DNA of 63,998 nucleotides, the filler included, from Porpidia crustulata (taxonomy: Eukaryota), in NCBI GenBank assembly GCA_964255105.1. It is 5 parts of 5 records of this genome, joined end to end, with 100 filler letters (N's around TTAATTAATTAA, not from the genome) between each part and the next. Parts side by side here need not be neighbours in the genome. Positions count along the whole stretch, not along the records: positions 1 to 13,035 come from CAXUWE010000465.1; positions 13,136 to 26,152 come from CAXUWE010000466.1; 3 more parts are not named here. One strand, given 5' to 3'. Shown one piece after another: positions 12,452 to 24,493 of the stretch. Positions within the stretch are counted from its first letter, which is position 1, and every line of letters begins with the position of its first letter. The position numbers were made by a program, and so were the translations under genes. Below the pieces are notes generated by a model. That model ran no database searches. It saw only the letters and a program-made list of their open reading frames with translations, and was not told the origin of the DNA.

Positions 12452-13035
12452 AGATCATCCGTGATTTCGTCGACCACGTCGCGCTATACGCATAAGCTGA
12501 CGCAACATCGCGATTCATAGTCACAGCGGCTCGTTAAAGGAAAGGAAATATCATTGCTTCTTACGGTTTGAGAATGATATCATGTTAAGGGCGGGAAAAT
12601 TGCTTTGAGGAGTTATTTGAGGAGGGTAACGAAAGGGGCTAGGAGTTTCTGCTAGGAGTGAGGTGTATGGTTGATTGTGATAGTTTTTTTTATTGGGCTT
12701 TTATGTAGATGGTTTGGTATGTATTGGATGAACGGGAAGAAAGATATAGAAACTAGAAGGAACGATCCCGATATCTGTCCACGTACTTGGTACGTAAATA
12801 ATTGACAACATGATGTCTTAACCACCAAAAAAAAAAAGGATAAGCAAATAAAAATGAACATTTTATATCAATATTCAATCAAGTTGTCTGAGAACTTATC
12901 TCCTTCCTCCTTCCTCACTCTCTTACTCACTCACTCATTTAACCATTAACCGCAATAGCAACGGCATAGCTCGGATTTTGTACATAGGGCGGTTTGGGTT
13001 TTAGGGTGGTGGGTTTAGGATAAGAGATGGGGGGA

Positions 13036-13135
13036 NNNNNNNNNNNNNNNNNNNNNNNNNNNNNNNNNNNNNNNNNNNNTTAATTAATTAANNNNNNNNN
13101 NNNNNNNNNNNNNNNNNNNNNNNNNNNNNNNNNNN
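13036..13135. other. Artificial contig linker (N44-TTAATTAATTAA-N44)
   Basis: 12-mer with stops in all six frames inside an N run; identical at four positions in the window. Confidence 0.98.
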
Positions 13136-13622
13136 GAGAGGGTAGGGGGAGTTGAAGGCGCTCGGGGCGACGCATGTGGTTGATAGGCATGCTGACGAGG
13201 ACGCGCTTGAGGAGGCCATTCGGGCTATCGTGGGTGATACGCTCGTGTACGCCATTGATTGCGTCAACGGCACCGAAGGGAGCCAGACCCTCGGGGCGCG
13301 GGTGCTGTCCAACTCCCAGAAGGGGACGCTGGTGATTATGGTGCATTCGGGGACGGTCGATGAGGCTCGGCTGCCGCCGGCGAAGAGGGGTGGAAAGGGT
13401 TATGAGAGGAAGGGGGTGATTGCGGCGCCAGCGATGTTTCCGGAAGAGGCGGCGGCCTATTGGAAGCATGTGCCGAGGTGGATCTAGGAGAAGAAGGTAA
13501 CGCCGACGACGTGGGAGGTGGTGGAGGGGTTGGACGTGGAGAAAATCAACGCGGGGTTCGATAGGGCAAGGGATGGGGAGACGGTGGTGAAGATGCATGT
13601 TCATGTTGCTGCGCTCGACTAG
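13136..13622 (+). pseudogene. 3' part of a zinc-binding dehydrogenase / enoyl-reductase-like (MDR family) gene with in-frame TAG
   Basis: LKALGATHVVDRH...YAIDCV motif. The frame reads WI*EKKVTPTTWEVVEGLDVEKINAGFDRARDG..KMHVH through TAG 13485-13487 to a second TAG at 13620-13622. The 5' end is cut by the contig edge. Confidence 0.7.
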
Positions 13623-14703
13623 GGGATGCGAAGTAAATTTAAATGAGGACACATTTAGTGTATCGGTTCCTCCGCTGCAGAACCCGTAGAAAGTACGTTA
13701 GCAATGTTAATGATAGTCATTGTGACGAGGGCTCCAGTTCTACCTTCAACCAGTATTAGAAAAGCATGAGCGGTCAAAACTGAAATAACATGGCGAAATG
13801 GATATGGAACCTTACTGAGGAGGACTCAAAAAATCGCTGGATCACCCCTTGCACCTCGCTGTCGAGATATGCCGCCATTCAAAGATTGATTTTTTTGGAA
13901 ATCCACAACCTAGACATATGCTCATGGAGATTCGAACAATCTAGCTCAGAGCAGCAACCGAAGTACTGAAAGATAAGAAAAGCTTTCAATCATGAGAGTA
14001 CTTAAGCTGAACGTTGCAAAGGCGCAGAGGCAAAAACGAGGCTACACACACATTGGCGTAGCGTGTAGACACTGGGTATCTAGGGAATTTGTTGTTGGAC
14101 CCCAAAATATCCTTCCGATTGAGGACCTTTTGGCTGTCACAATTGACTGTCCGATTGTGCCACAGTCATTTAAAACAAGGTCCAGCTTGGCTGATCTCCG
14201 AAGGTCCGTAAAGGCTTGTCCACGTTCGCTTGGAGTATAATCAGCGAATCAGGCCCAAAAATCTCTTTGCAATCTCTAGTCGCTTAGCACAGAGGCACAG
14301 GTTGATGCCAAGAATCCCTTTCTTTGAAAGGTTTGTCCCACACATATAATACGATTGTGTCGTCTCTCAGAGATCCACGAAGCCCATTCCAAGGCCATTG
14401 ATGGCAATATATTCATTGAATTGATAGGCTTCAGCTCAAGTAAGCGAGCAATCTGTTGTTCTTTTGCGACGTCTGAGCCTTTGTATCGACGCTCCACATG
14501 ACAGTCTCTAGAATGCAATGAGTCTAGACTTCTTATACTTCTTACTAGTTTCCAGTGCTTTGATCTTACATAGGGATGAAGCCCAGCGCTGGGCCAACAC
14601 TACCGACACGACGCCTGAAGGATATAGCGGTGTTCAAATGGCTCCGATGGAGAGGTGTCAAGATTTCTCTCAGATGTGGGCTTTGCATACTTGTATTCCT
14701 CTT

Positions 14704-15399
14704 TCATAACACGGTATACCCATTCCACCAACCCCAAGCACCAACCAACCCTAAACACACCGCAGCCCACTCCCACCTCATCTCCACGGTTGCCCACACC
14801 CACAGCGTCCCCAGGGGCGGTGCTTTCTTCATCACGGCCAAATACGGCTCCCTGTTCGTCGCTTGCACCAACCAACTGCCGGCAAAGACAAACATCCCCG
14901 CGAAGAGGACTTGAATAAGCGGCTGCGCAGAGCGGTGGTGAAGAACGGCAACCAACGCGAGAATGATGACCGGCGTGGGGGAGAACACTGTGGAGGAGAG
15001 GAACAATGGGAGGGCCTTTGGTGGAGCGGGACCGTACTGGTAGTGGACTAGGAACGTGAGTGTGAAGTTGAGACAGACGAGGGTTGACGTGTAGAGAAAG
15101 ATGTCGAGATACGGCGTGGCTTCGGAATCAGACTCGTTGTCGAGATCTGTTTTCCAGGCTTCCGAAGATCCTGAGAGTGAGCCATCGGGATTGATGGTTG
15201 TGGTCACGACTGAGGGATCGATGGGCAAGCTACTGCTATTGTGGCATAGCAGTTGACGCTCGGCAGCAATATCGATGAGGGTTCTGCCCACTGGCGGGGC
15301 GCGCGAGGGACGGGAGACATTTACATCAGCGCTGGTAGAAGTTGATTTAGCTTTTTCTTGAGCTTGCGCACGTCTCGCTTTACGATTTGACGCCGCCAT
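14704..15399 (-). CDS. Conserved fungal multi-pass membrane protein (DUF7719-like, from recall)
   Basis: Single-exon ORF with hydrophobic segments and the motifs RTLIDIAAERQ, LNFTLTFLVHYQY and MKKAPPLGTLWVWATVEM. Confidence 0.75.
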   Translation of the reverse strand: MAASNRKARRAQAQEKAKSTSTSADVNVSRPSRAPPVGRTLIDIAAERQLLCHNSSSLPIDPSVVTTTINPDGSLSGSSEAWKTDLDNESDSEATPYLDIFLYTSTLVCLNFTLTFLVHYQYGPAPPKALPLFLSSTVFSPTPVIILALVAVLHHRSAQPLIQVLFAGMFVFAGSWLVQATNREPYLAVMKKAPPLGTLWVWATVEMRWEWAAVCLGLVGAWGWWNGYTVL

Positions 15400-15479
15400 G
15401 GGTGATATCAAGTTGGAGCATTGAGGCTCATCACGCCATATCCAGTCTAGCGCTTAAAGACATCACAGCATTTGGCGCA

Positions 15480-15735
15480 CACGCGGGAGACAAGAAAATC
15501 CGAACCGCAAATATCGATCTTCCGTCCACACCATCAAATTTACAACTGTATCTTGCAAGAAATTTACTGAAACAACGATTGATCATTCTATTTTTGTCTT
15601 TAGTAAATGTATCATGATTCTGATCAAAAATCGATCTCATGTTGTTGCATTGTTATCTCTAAAAGTGTAATAGTAAATTTAGTGACATGAGCGCGGAATC
15701 GCTGTTTGCGGTCCGGATTTTTTGTCTCCCGCGTG
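15480..15735. mobile_element. MITE-like element, ~256 bp, ~38-bp imperfect terminal inverted repeats
   Basis: Left CACGCGGGAGACAAGAAAATCCGAACCGCAAATATCGAT versus reverse complement of right CACGCGGGAGACAAAAAATCCGGACCGCAAACAGCGAT. AT-rich non-coding interior. Possible TSD GCGCA/GCGTA. Confidence 0.8.
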
Positions 15736-16235
15736 GCGTAGTATATGTGGACCTTTTATACCACGAGTCAAGCAGTCTAGGTATAGTAGTCGAGCATTCA
15801 AATAATCAAGTATTTGCATCAAACTCGAGTCAAATTTGCCTGTTTTCCACATCAAATTCGTCAAATTCCAAAATCGGGACCACATCTCTGAATACAACGA
15901 TATTTAGTGCCGTTTGAAGCACTGAGAAGTAGAGTGTCCAAATATGCTCAACTGTCCAATTGTAGCCTTTGTAGTACCAACGTACCAACGCACCAACCTG
16001 GCGCAAAACTTGCCAAAAGCATAATTGCTGGTGTGCTTGGGTGTGTCCGTCTCCACATCGCCATGAGCATTAAAACCCGGAACCCCCTTCACCACGTGTG
16101 CGCCACAAGCTGAGCTATCGAGTCAGCCTAACCCACGGTCACTCGTACAGCAGCATTTATATTTTTGAAACAGGAAGAAAGGCTGAGGGATAGATGGAGC
16201 GACGCTCAGAAAACATCTGCGCTGCAGACTGCTCA

Positions 16236-17441
16236 TCAACCATTAGATATGCCATTGCCGGAGACAAAAACAACGAGAACAGCTGCATAGGTTGCACCGG
16301 CCACAAAAATCTCTGCGATGCTGGCTTGGCTGAGTCCTGTGACAGCTGAAACGAACAGAGCGTCGGACACAAAGACAACCACAAAACGAAGGGTTGCTTT
16401 ATGGACGATATTGAGGACGATTATTGGTAGCAGTAGTATGAGTACGGTGAAAGAAGCAGTCAGCATGCGAGCCACTCCTCGGGTGAAGGCTTCGAGATGT
16501 GGATATAATGGTCCTGGCTATCATGGCTAGAACTCTTCAACTGGTTTTGCAGTCAGCGCTAACCTTTCGATTCGGACAGAGGATACTAGGCACCCTGCGA
16601 AGTTTCTCACTCATTCCTCCTATTACACTTTCGATGCATGGTATGAGACTCTCTATTCCACCGGGTTTATTCGAGCGACTGTTGCCTATGTTGAGTAGGT
16701 CAAAGTCCTCGTAGTCAAGGTACGCCGTCTCGTCTCTAGCAATGCAGCCGGTATTTTCGAGCCAAACCTTGGTGCTCTCGACATGTTTCGGAACTGCATC
16801 TGGCATATTGTGGGCCCACTGGGCACTTTTGAGGAGTTCATCTTGGCTAGTATTAGTCAACAATATTGGGGTTAACGATTTGGTGGTTTCCTGGAGAGCT
16901 CTCTACCGTAAACTTGTAGTGCCGTCTTCAACTTCTCCCAAATTTCCAGCCTTTCGGCGTTTTTATCTCGCCGACGGTTGCCAAGGAAGAGCTCCGCTTG
17001 CTCTTCCTTGTCGACGTCGTTCAACCGCCTCTCGAGCTCAGAAATACGGTCCTGCTTGAGAAGCAGCATGCGCATACGGACGGCTCTGAAACGGCGGAAG
17101 TTCTGGAACTCTGGATGGCGACCGAGAAGAGAGGAAAAGAGTGGGTAGCCTTGCAGATACCGCTGGACTGTAAGAGAAGCCAAATTTGAGCATCATCGCA
17201 AGGAAAGGCATCCGAATGATAACGGATATTCTTTGTTGCCGAAGGGAAGGACCTTCGGAGATTGGATGTGTCCGTGAGAAGGACGGACCAGTCTCCCGAT
17301 GTAAGCAGATGATCGAGCTAGATAAGATTTCCTTAGATGATTGATATCGGCGTTTGTTGCTTCGACTGCACAATTATATGAGCAATGTTTCGATACACTC
17401 GTGGATGTGGCAGACATCAGCTTACTATCAATATCTTGCAT
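16236..17441 (-). CDS. DUF6594-like membrane protein (multi-exon)
   Basis: GYPLFSSLLGRHPEFQNFRRFRAVRMRMLLLKQDRISELERRL and a C-terminal TM region ending EIFVAGATYAAVLVVFVS are typical of the family. The 5' exons and start are tentative. Confidence 0.8.
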
Positions 17442-17809
17442 GATCGCGAATACTCCAGCTTGATTACCTACTTGATACAATTTCCGTTCAGACTTAATGA
17501 CTTAATGGCAGCTAGAAAAGTCTTCCCAGACAATTTTCTCTGACCTCGCTGTCATGATATACTTATATTATGCTTGTGACGCAGTCCGACGCATCGCACC
17601 GCCCGCAGACTATCGCCTCTCGAGGCTGAGTTGCTTAAGGTATCTACCTAGGTCTTGCACCGCCACCGCCTCATTGTCACATATCTACTCGCAGAACGAC
17701 TAAGAGGGATCCGTAACCATCTCACCCAATTCCAAATATATACTCTATCTGAAGCCTGCTTTACCGACGTCAATAGCTTACAATCACAAAAGCCAGAAAC
17801 TCCGAAACC

Positions 17810-18223
17810 ATGACTTCCCGTGCCAAATCGTGGATTGCCAGACCTTCCCGGGAACAAGTATATACCTCCGTTCCCTCACCCCGTGCACATCGTGCATCAC
17901 TAACACTCCCACAGCACGTCCCCGAATGGCACGTCGGAGACACCGTCTTTCTCTGCAACCACCGAACGCCCGGACAATCCCTCTACATCATATGCCGCGT
18001 CAACCGAAGCGCCTACGGGACTTTCACCTACAACCTCGCCGACGAGAACGGCATCCGGGTGCTGCAGAACATCCAAGGGCGGGATATGGATCGCAGGGTC
18101 GAGGCGCACGGTGCTGCTCCATCATCGCTTCGTCCTCCTAACCATACTCCCGTGGTGGTAGCGGCGATGGACGGTGGGATTGCTGCGGAGCTTGGCCCTG
18201 CGTCGCTTCCCAGGGCACGATGA
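17810..18223 (+). CDS. Small hypothetical protein with possible SH3/Tudor-like beta-barrel
   Basis: ATG in good context (aaaccATG) with coding-like GC3. Motif WHVGDTVFL...YIICRV...GTFTYNLADENG. Confidence 0.5.
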   Translation: MTSRAKSWIARPSREQVYTSVPSPRAHRASLTLPQHVPEWHVGDTVFLCNHRTPGQSLYIICRVNRSAYGTFTYNLADENGIRVLQNIQGRDMDRRVEAHGAAPSSLRPPNHTPVVVAAMDGGIAAELGPASLPRAR

Positions 18224-18675
18224 GGCATGATGATTAAGTGCGCTTAACGCGAAGTTGGGAAACTCTCACGGGTTGGAACTTGTGTGAAAGTGGTGTTCGG
18301 ATGGAAGCCAATCAGCAAACGGAAATTTGCGTCGAAAGATGACCGACAGCCCCGCTCCGAGGAAAGTCTTCGGTTTATGTGGTAGGGGGTGGGGTGGGCT
18401 TGAAACCATTTCGAGTGCTTGAGCGTGTGAGTGGCTCCCACGGCTATGGCACAGAACAGGAAGTCAGAGCACAAGGCTTGCCAAAATTCCATTGCAGCAC
18501 TCAAGCGAGATACCCTCATCAAACTCGTTTAATGACTTTCAGCAGACCCTATGGAGGGTAAATTCGGAACTTTTGATTCTGGAATTAGTAGTATATACAT
18601 CTATGGTGCCTTGACCATCACCAGATACCCACCTCTATATACAATAAATATCTTAACCGTCACCGGTTCAACTCC

Positions 18676-20469
18676 TCAGAACGCACCCGCCGCCGCCGCC
18701 GGCGTTCCGTCCAGCACGGCGCACCCGGCATCGAACAGCGTCGGACTTACGAAAGACGCGGCTGGATCTCCACTGACGCCCAATCTCACCAGAGAGTTTT
18801 CCTCGGATAGGTACACCGGCCAGTCCAACTTCTTCCTCAGCCCTTTTTTCGGATTCTTTGCGAACGTGGCCCACGCCAGCATCATGTATTGCATCGTCCA
18901 GTTCTCCAGATCGGTGTTTGGCACCCCGGTCACGTCCTCGGCGCCGCCCATGATCATATGCAGGTCGCTGCCGTGGTAGGCGCCAGAACCAGGATAGAGG
19001 GTCAGGTTGGGAAATTCGCCGAAATAGCGATAACGCCAGGCCGGCACTCTGGCGGCGATGCGGGCGGCAACTTCAGTACCGGTAGGGCAGGTGAAGCCGG
19101 CCAGGTTAAAGGCGTCCCATTGCAAGTCCGTGAGGTTGAGGTGGGTGACAAAGGCGGAAAGCTTGTAAAAGCCGGCCTCGTAATTGGTGTTGCCTGCGAG
19201 GTAAGGCTACCGGGAAGCTTAGCATGATGACCGTTGTGAGGGTATACGGTTCTGAGAAAACTTACTACTTTCGCAAAATTTCCGGCAGCCGACATGGCCT
19301 GATAGTCTGCAAACGAGAAAATGGTTTCGTTGTCGACGGTTGGCTGGAAGACTGGCGAGTACAGTGCGGTGGTTGGCGCCGGTTTAAGTTTTGGGACTGC
19401 CTGTTCAATTTCCAACCAATTTTTGCTGCGCATGCAAGCCACAACGTCCCCGAACGTGCATCCCAGCGCAGAGGCCAGCTCCAGGAATCGCTTTTGCGAA
19501 TACTCTGGTGTGTTTGGTACAAAGCTGAGCGCAGTTCCTGAGTGCGAGATAATACCTGCAACGATGGGGTCATTTCGGTATGCGTACGCATACATGTCTA
19601 CAGCTGAGCCACCGGCCGATTGACCGAAGATGGTAATTTTTTTCGGATCGCCGCCAAAGCCGTCAATATTGTTGTGAACCCATTCAATGGCCTTCCTTTG
19701 ATCGAGCAGGCCAGCGTTTTCGGTTACCCCAGGGGCGCCGGAAAATCCAAAAACGTTGATTCGATAGTTGACTGTGACGAAGACCACATCCTGGGCGGCC
19801 GTGATGTATTGGCCCTGATAAAATTTCGTGTTGGTGTTACCAAGAGCGAATCCTAGCAGACCCGGTCAGTCGGATTGAATCCTATACGTGATTCGACTGG
19901 CTTACTGCCGCCGTGAAACCACACCATCACAGCCTTCTTCCTTCGATTTCGAGGCTCTTTCGTCCATATGTTGAGGGTCAAGCAATCTTCGCTCTGGGGA
20001 TTGCCTTCTCCACCTCCGAAATATTTGATAATCGACTGTTGTGTAGGGCTGCTGTTCGGATATGGGATGGGTTGGATGCCATTCTGCGGGCAATCACTTC
20101 ACATATAAGGTTAGCAGATGGTCGTATCGGTCAGGAGGTGGGGCCATACGGAGACTAAATAGTATACTGTCAGCTTCTACTCCTCGTCCCAATGCGATGA
20201 AAGGTTCCACTTACGTATGATTCTCCGGACACTGGCTTCGTGGAGGTATAATTCTCTGGAGGGGCGAAACGAAGGTTGCCAATCGGTGGCTGCGCATAGG
20301 GAATACCCAGGTATTCGGAGACTTGAGTCCGATTGAGGGCAGCGTGACCTGAGACAGGCCCACTGGACGTCTGTACAGTCGCGCCTACATCTCGGTCTCC
20401 TCGATTCCTTGCTGAAACGAGTGTAGCTGGCAGCAGAAGCAGGCCAGCTAGCGCGACAACATTCTTCAT
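18676..20469 (-). CDS. Secreted type-B carboxylesterase / cholinesterase-like hydrolase
   Basis: Signal peptide MKNVVALAGLLLL; EYLGIPYAQPPIGNLRFAPP, SEDCLTLNIW, VTVNYRINVFGF, catalytic FGQSAG, GAYHGSDL; several GT-AG introns. Confidence 0.93.
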
Positions 20470-22379
20470 CTTGGGCGCACCGCGGAACGAGCAAGCCCCG
20501 GTGACAGAGATAGAGAAGATGAGAGTCCAGATGTCCACTCAGGCGCACAAGAAGAGAACCGAACTGTGGCTCTTGGCTCACAGGCGACGCTGCGACACAC
20601 TACTATCTTGGAACAAACGGTTAAAAGTATGGTGAAACAAGCACACAAACCAAGAGGTGAATCAGGTGTGATGTTGGAAGTGGCTTTGGAGGCGTTGGGG
20701 GATAGCAGGTATCTAGAAGTACCTAGACTCTTTGCAATCAAGTAGCCCTAGGAAGATTTTTGCTCTCTCCAACTCCCGCAAAGATCTCCCACACTGCAAG
20801 ACTTGGACCGGGCGACTGCTACCAGTGGATAATCGGAATGAAAATAATATTAACAAATGAGCCAATGCGAAAACGAGGAAGCGTCCTTTGTCTCCGTTCG
20901 TCCCCACACAGATCATGCCTCCTTCTGGCATAGCGCGGGTTACGGCCAGGTACCACCCACGCCATCGCACGTTTTGATCGGAGGCATGCATGTAAAGCAT
21001 GGGTCGTTCGTGACTGAACGATCTGGCCAAGTTATCCAGTTTTCAAGGGTTCAGGCTGAACCGTCCCAATCGATTGATAACGATAAGAAAACTCCACACA
21101 TCGAAATTGACGATCATCTCGGGATGGAGTCAGTCTTTTAGAACACATACTACGTACATCTGGAGCACGGAACAAGGAACACCACGGCGGAAGATGGCGT
21201 ACGAATGGCGTATGGTTCGGTTCGGGCGTGCGAAAAAGTGTTCCTTGGTAAGATACTTACAAGCTACCGATGATGCTATCATCCAGAATAGTCCAAGTGT
21301 CCTTTGGGGGGTCTAACCTAAAGCACCTAGTGTACTGATTAGTTGCTCACTGCGCTTAGAGGCCGTGCCGCGTCCTCCAACGAGTGAACCTTCCAAAGTC
21401 GGGTTGAATGGCGGACAGCCCGCTCGGGGGATTGGTGATCATTATCCCTTCCCCTTCACCGCACAATCAGAACTGAGCGGTTCTTTCGTAGGTCTTCCGT
21501 GCACGTGGTACTACTGCCAAACTCTAGATGTAGCTTCTAAGCTGTTAAACATAGTTACACGTCCGGTACCTGATTAAGCATTTGAGAACAGACCTTATGT
21601 ACGGATGGATTCCGCTATACTTCCATACAAATTCCGATTCTCCTCTTGGCGTGGGGCTTGCAAAGGGAACAGTTCCGGCACCTGCTAGGCGGAGGAAGTA
21701 TAATTCTTGATTCCTTTGGGGACTGAGCATTCGAGTTCGGAATTTGGTCTAGATGTATTTGTTCTTCGACGGCAGTACTGGTATACCGGTACCTTACCTA
21801 CCTAGATCTGAAGCTGGGTGTTTGCCATTCATCGCATTGAATTTCTTCTCTTTTTTACTTTGCACCAATCCTTCTCGCACGGGCGGTCACTACCCCTAAG
21901 ACCCCTTACGACCCCCTAAAGATCTTGGCAGACGACGGGCTTCGTTAGTGTCAGGTCGTCATGAGATTATTTGGAAACTCTTGCCCACGCAGCCGTATGG
22001 GGTTAGGGTTGGCCCATAAAGGGTCTAGCGGTCTGCAAGGCCCGATCGGAAGCGCTTCCGCAGCTCTACTTTAGCTCGATATGCAGGGATCTTGCATGTA
22101 TACTTTCTTCAGTCACCAACTCGTAACTGAGACAAGCCGACCCTAAGTACGTCCGGAGAGAAAGTGGGCTTATAAGATTCTGTAGACCATGTCTTTCACC
22201 ACACGCTGCCACCTGCCGCTCCCTCGATCGCTCCCGTTCTTCGCCCCATCAATGGTCTTGCTGGTTGATATCACTTTTCATCCGGATATCGCATCCAACG
22301 ACTGAAACATCAGGTCTCGGTGGCAGTCAGTGTCTGCACAATCCGGCGGAAGCACGGTTAGAGAGTCGAGGGAGCAGCC

Positions 22380-23813
22380 ATGTTAAACGTAGGGAAGAGC
22401 ACCCCAGGGTTGCCCGACCGGGGCTGGCCATTATATATCATCAGCGTCGTAATGGTCATTGCTTCTGGCTTCTTCGTGCTTGGTCGTGTAGCGTTTCGGT
22501 TGTCGAGAAAAGCGATGGGCATAGACGACTATGTTATCATCCTGGCCTTGGTAAGCAGAACCGATCCTCAGCGGGCTCGATGAACACAGTGGATGAGATA
22601 TCTCATGACCGAGTCTGACTGGCGGCAGCTTACCTTGATAAGTCTTTCCGTCACCGAGTGCTCAGGTAAATATCTCGCTCCCATCTGCCTTCAAGCTCTA
22701 CAGCGCTGATCGATGTGTAGCGGTGGTAAATGGTTATGGACGACACTATAAAAGCCTTTCGCATGATGAAGCCATGAGAGCATTCAAGGTAGACTGCTCT
22801 TTTCCAGAAATCCTTCCGAACGGACGACTAAGTATACTTGTTGCATTGCTAGTGGTTCTACGGCGCCCAGATCACATACAAGGTTGCCATAACGCTCAAC
22901 AAAACCTCCATTCTGTTCCTGTACTTGCGAATATTTATCGACCGAGGCTTTCGATGGATGTGCTATGCTGTCATCGCCTTTTGCGCCGCCGCTGGAATTG
23001 CTTTTGTTCTTGTGACCATCTGGCAATGCAGTCCCATCGCCGCGTTCTGGAATCGGACCATTCCGGGAAGTCATTGTTTCCACAGTGAAGCGTTTTGGTT
23101 CTCGTACTCCTTGATCAACATCGTAACCGACGTTATCATCCTCGCCCTTCCGATCCGACAAATCTTTGCGCTTGAGCTGGCTTCAAGGGACAAATGGGGC
23201 TTGGTCGGCATCTTCTCACTTGGGACTTTGTACGTTGAAACGTTGTCTGCGGACTCTATTACTAAAGGAATGCTAATGTTCACCAGTGTTTGCGTTACAA
23301 GCATTATCAGGACCACAACTTTAGCGGCTTCGGCCAATGGTTCAGATCCAACCTGTATGTTCTATATCCCTGCCTAGTCCTGTGTCCCCAATCTAATGTT
23401 CACCTGCAGGGAATCCAATTCCTGCCACAATCTGGAGTGTGGTTGAAGCCAACACTGGCACCATATGTGCTTGTCTGCCAATGCTACGGCAACCACTAGG
23501 TGCTATATTCTCGAAATTCTTCCCCAGTACAAAAAGTGAAGCCACCTTGAGCGGGAATCCAAACTGCTATGCTCTGCAATCAAAGAACAAGGCCGCCAAC
23601 ATTTACACTGGTGACCGGACCGCTACGGATTATCACCAATGGGCAATGGCTTCGCGGAGACAGAGCAAAAGCCACTTAGACGAGCGTGAGAGTGAAGAGT
23701 ACATCATTCCTACGGGAAACGCAATAGTACGAACGACTGATGTTTCTGTATACCATACGGGTTATCCTGGTGACGACGATTCAATACCATCTATTAAAAA
23801 CCATCACGGATAA
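22380..23813 (+). CDS. PTH11-like integral membrane protein (fungal rhodopsin domain, no CFEM)
   Basis: Motifs GIDDYVIILAL, NGYGRH, KTSILFLYLRIF, WQCSPIAAFWNRTIPGSHC, NIVTDVIILALPI and VEANTGTICACLP across GT-AG introns. Confidence 0.9.
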
Positions 23814-24493
23814 GCGAAGAAGGAATCATTTTATTTTGTATAACCTATGGACGACTTTGACAAGCCAATCGTGATGTTGACCGATTGAGCAAGCGAGATA
23901 TGGAGGAACCTCCATCGGCGTTGTATATAGAGGTGGTTGACTGCTCTGGTAGAGGTTGTATATTTCACCATTGAACTGTCTTACAGTGGAACTTCTGAGT
24001 TTCTGGATTAATATAGTACTGTATTAGGAGACTGTGTAGCATTCCTTATATCCGTACAGAATGGCAAACCTTATGACTTGAGATACAGGCAGTATCTGAG
24101 TAAACTAATTGAAACGTCAGCGCATTCGTTATGGAACACGGCGATGAATTCAAAAACATCCGCATCCCGATTTCAATATCCTCACACTCATACGACCGAA
24201 TGCAGGCAAGCAGACCAATACGCCGTGGAAGTTTCACCGCGATACGGTCATGGCAGGCCTTCCCAAAGCACATGCAATGCTAGATAGGTCCGGTGTATCA
24301 AATATCCAACTAATAGCACGTCCAAAATACGCTACATAGAACGTTCGTTTGTGTTTGAGAATATTCAGACGGAAGAGAGTCTATGATTTTCCCCATTGTT
24401 AGATTCAGACGTCGTTGTTTGGCAACTGCTCGGCTAACCAGTCCCAGCTTCCACAACCATGTTTCATCACTTCGTCTCCAACATTTACCTAAC

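Noticed and set aside
11983..12524. Ser/Phe/Pro-rich minus-strand ORFs
   Set aside because: They are antisense shadows of the GA-rich acidic tail of the plus-strand gene.
13080..13091. TTAATTAATTAA recurring every ~13.1 kb as a biological periodic motif
   Set aside because: It is always centred in N runs and is a six-frame-stop assembly spacer.
10603..13487. Genome-wide TAG reassignment explaining the in-frame stops
   Set aside because: EXO84, the GH72 gene and the MDR gene itself end in TAG at the expected C-termini.
13915..13950. GTTCGAATC (minus strand) as a tRNA T-loop
   Set aside because: The flanks do not form a T-stem or cloverleaf; no tRNA or rRNA was recognised in the window.
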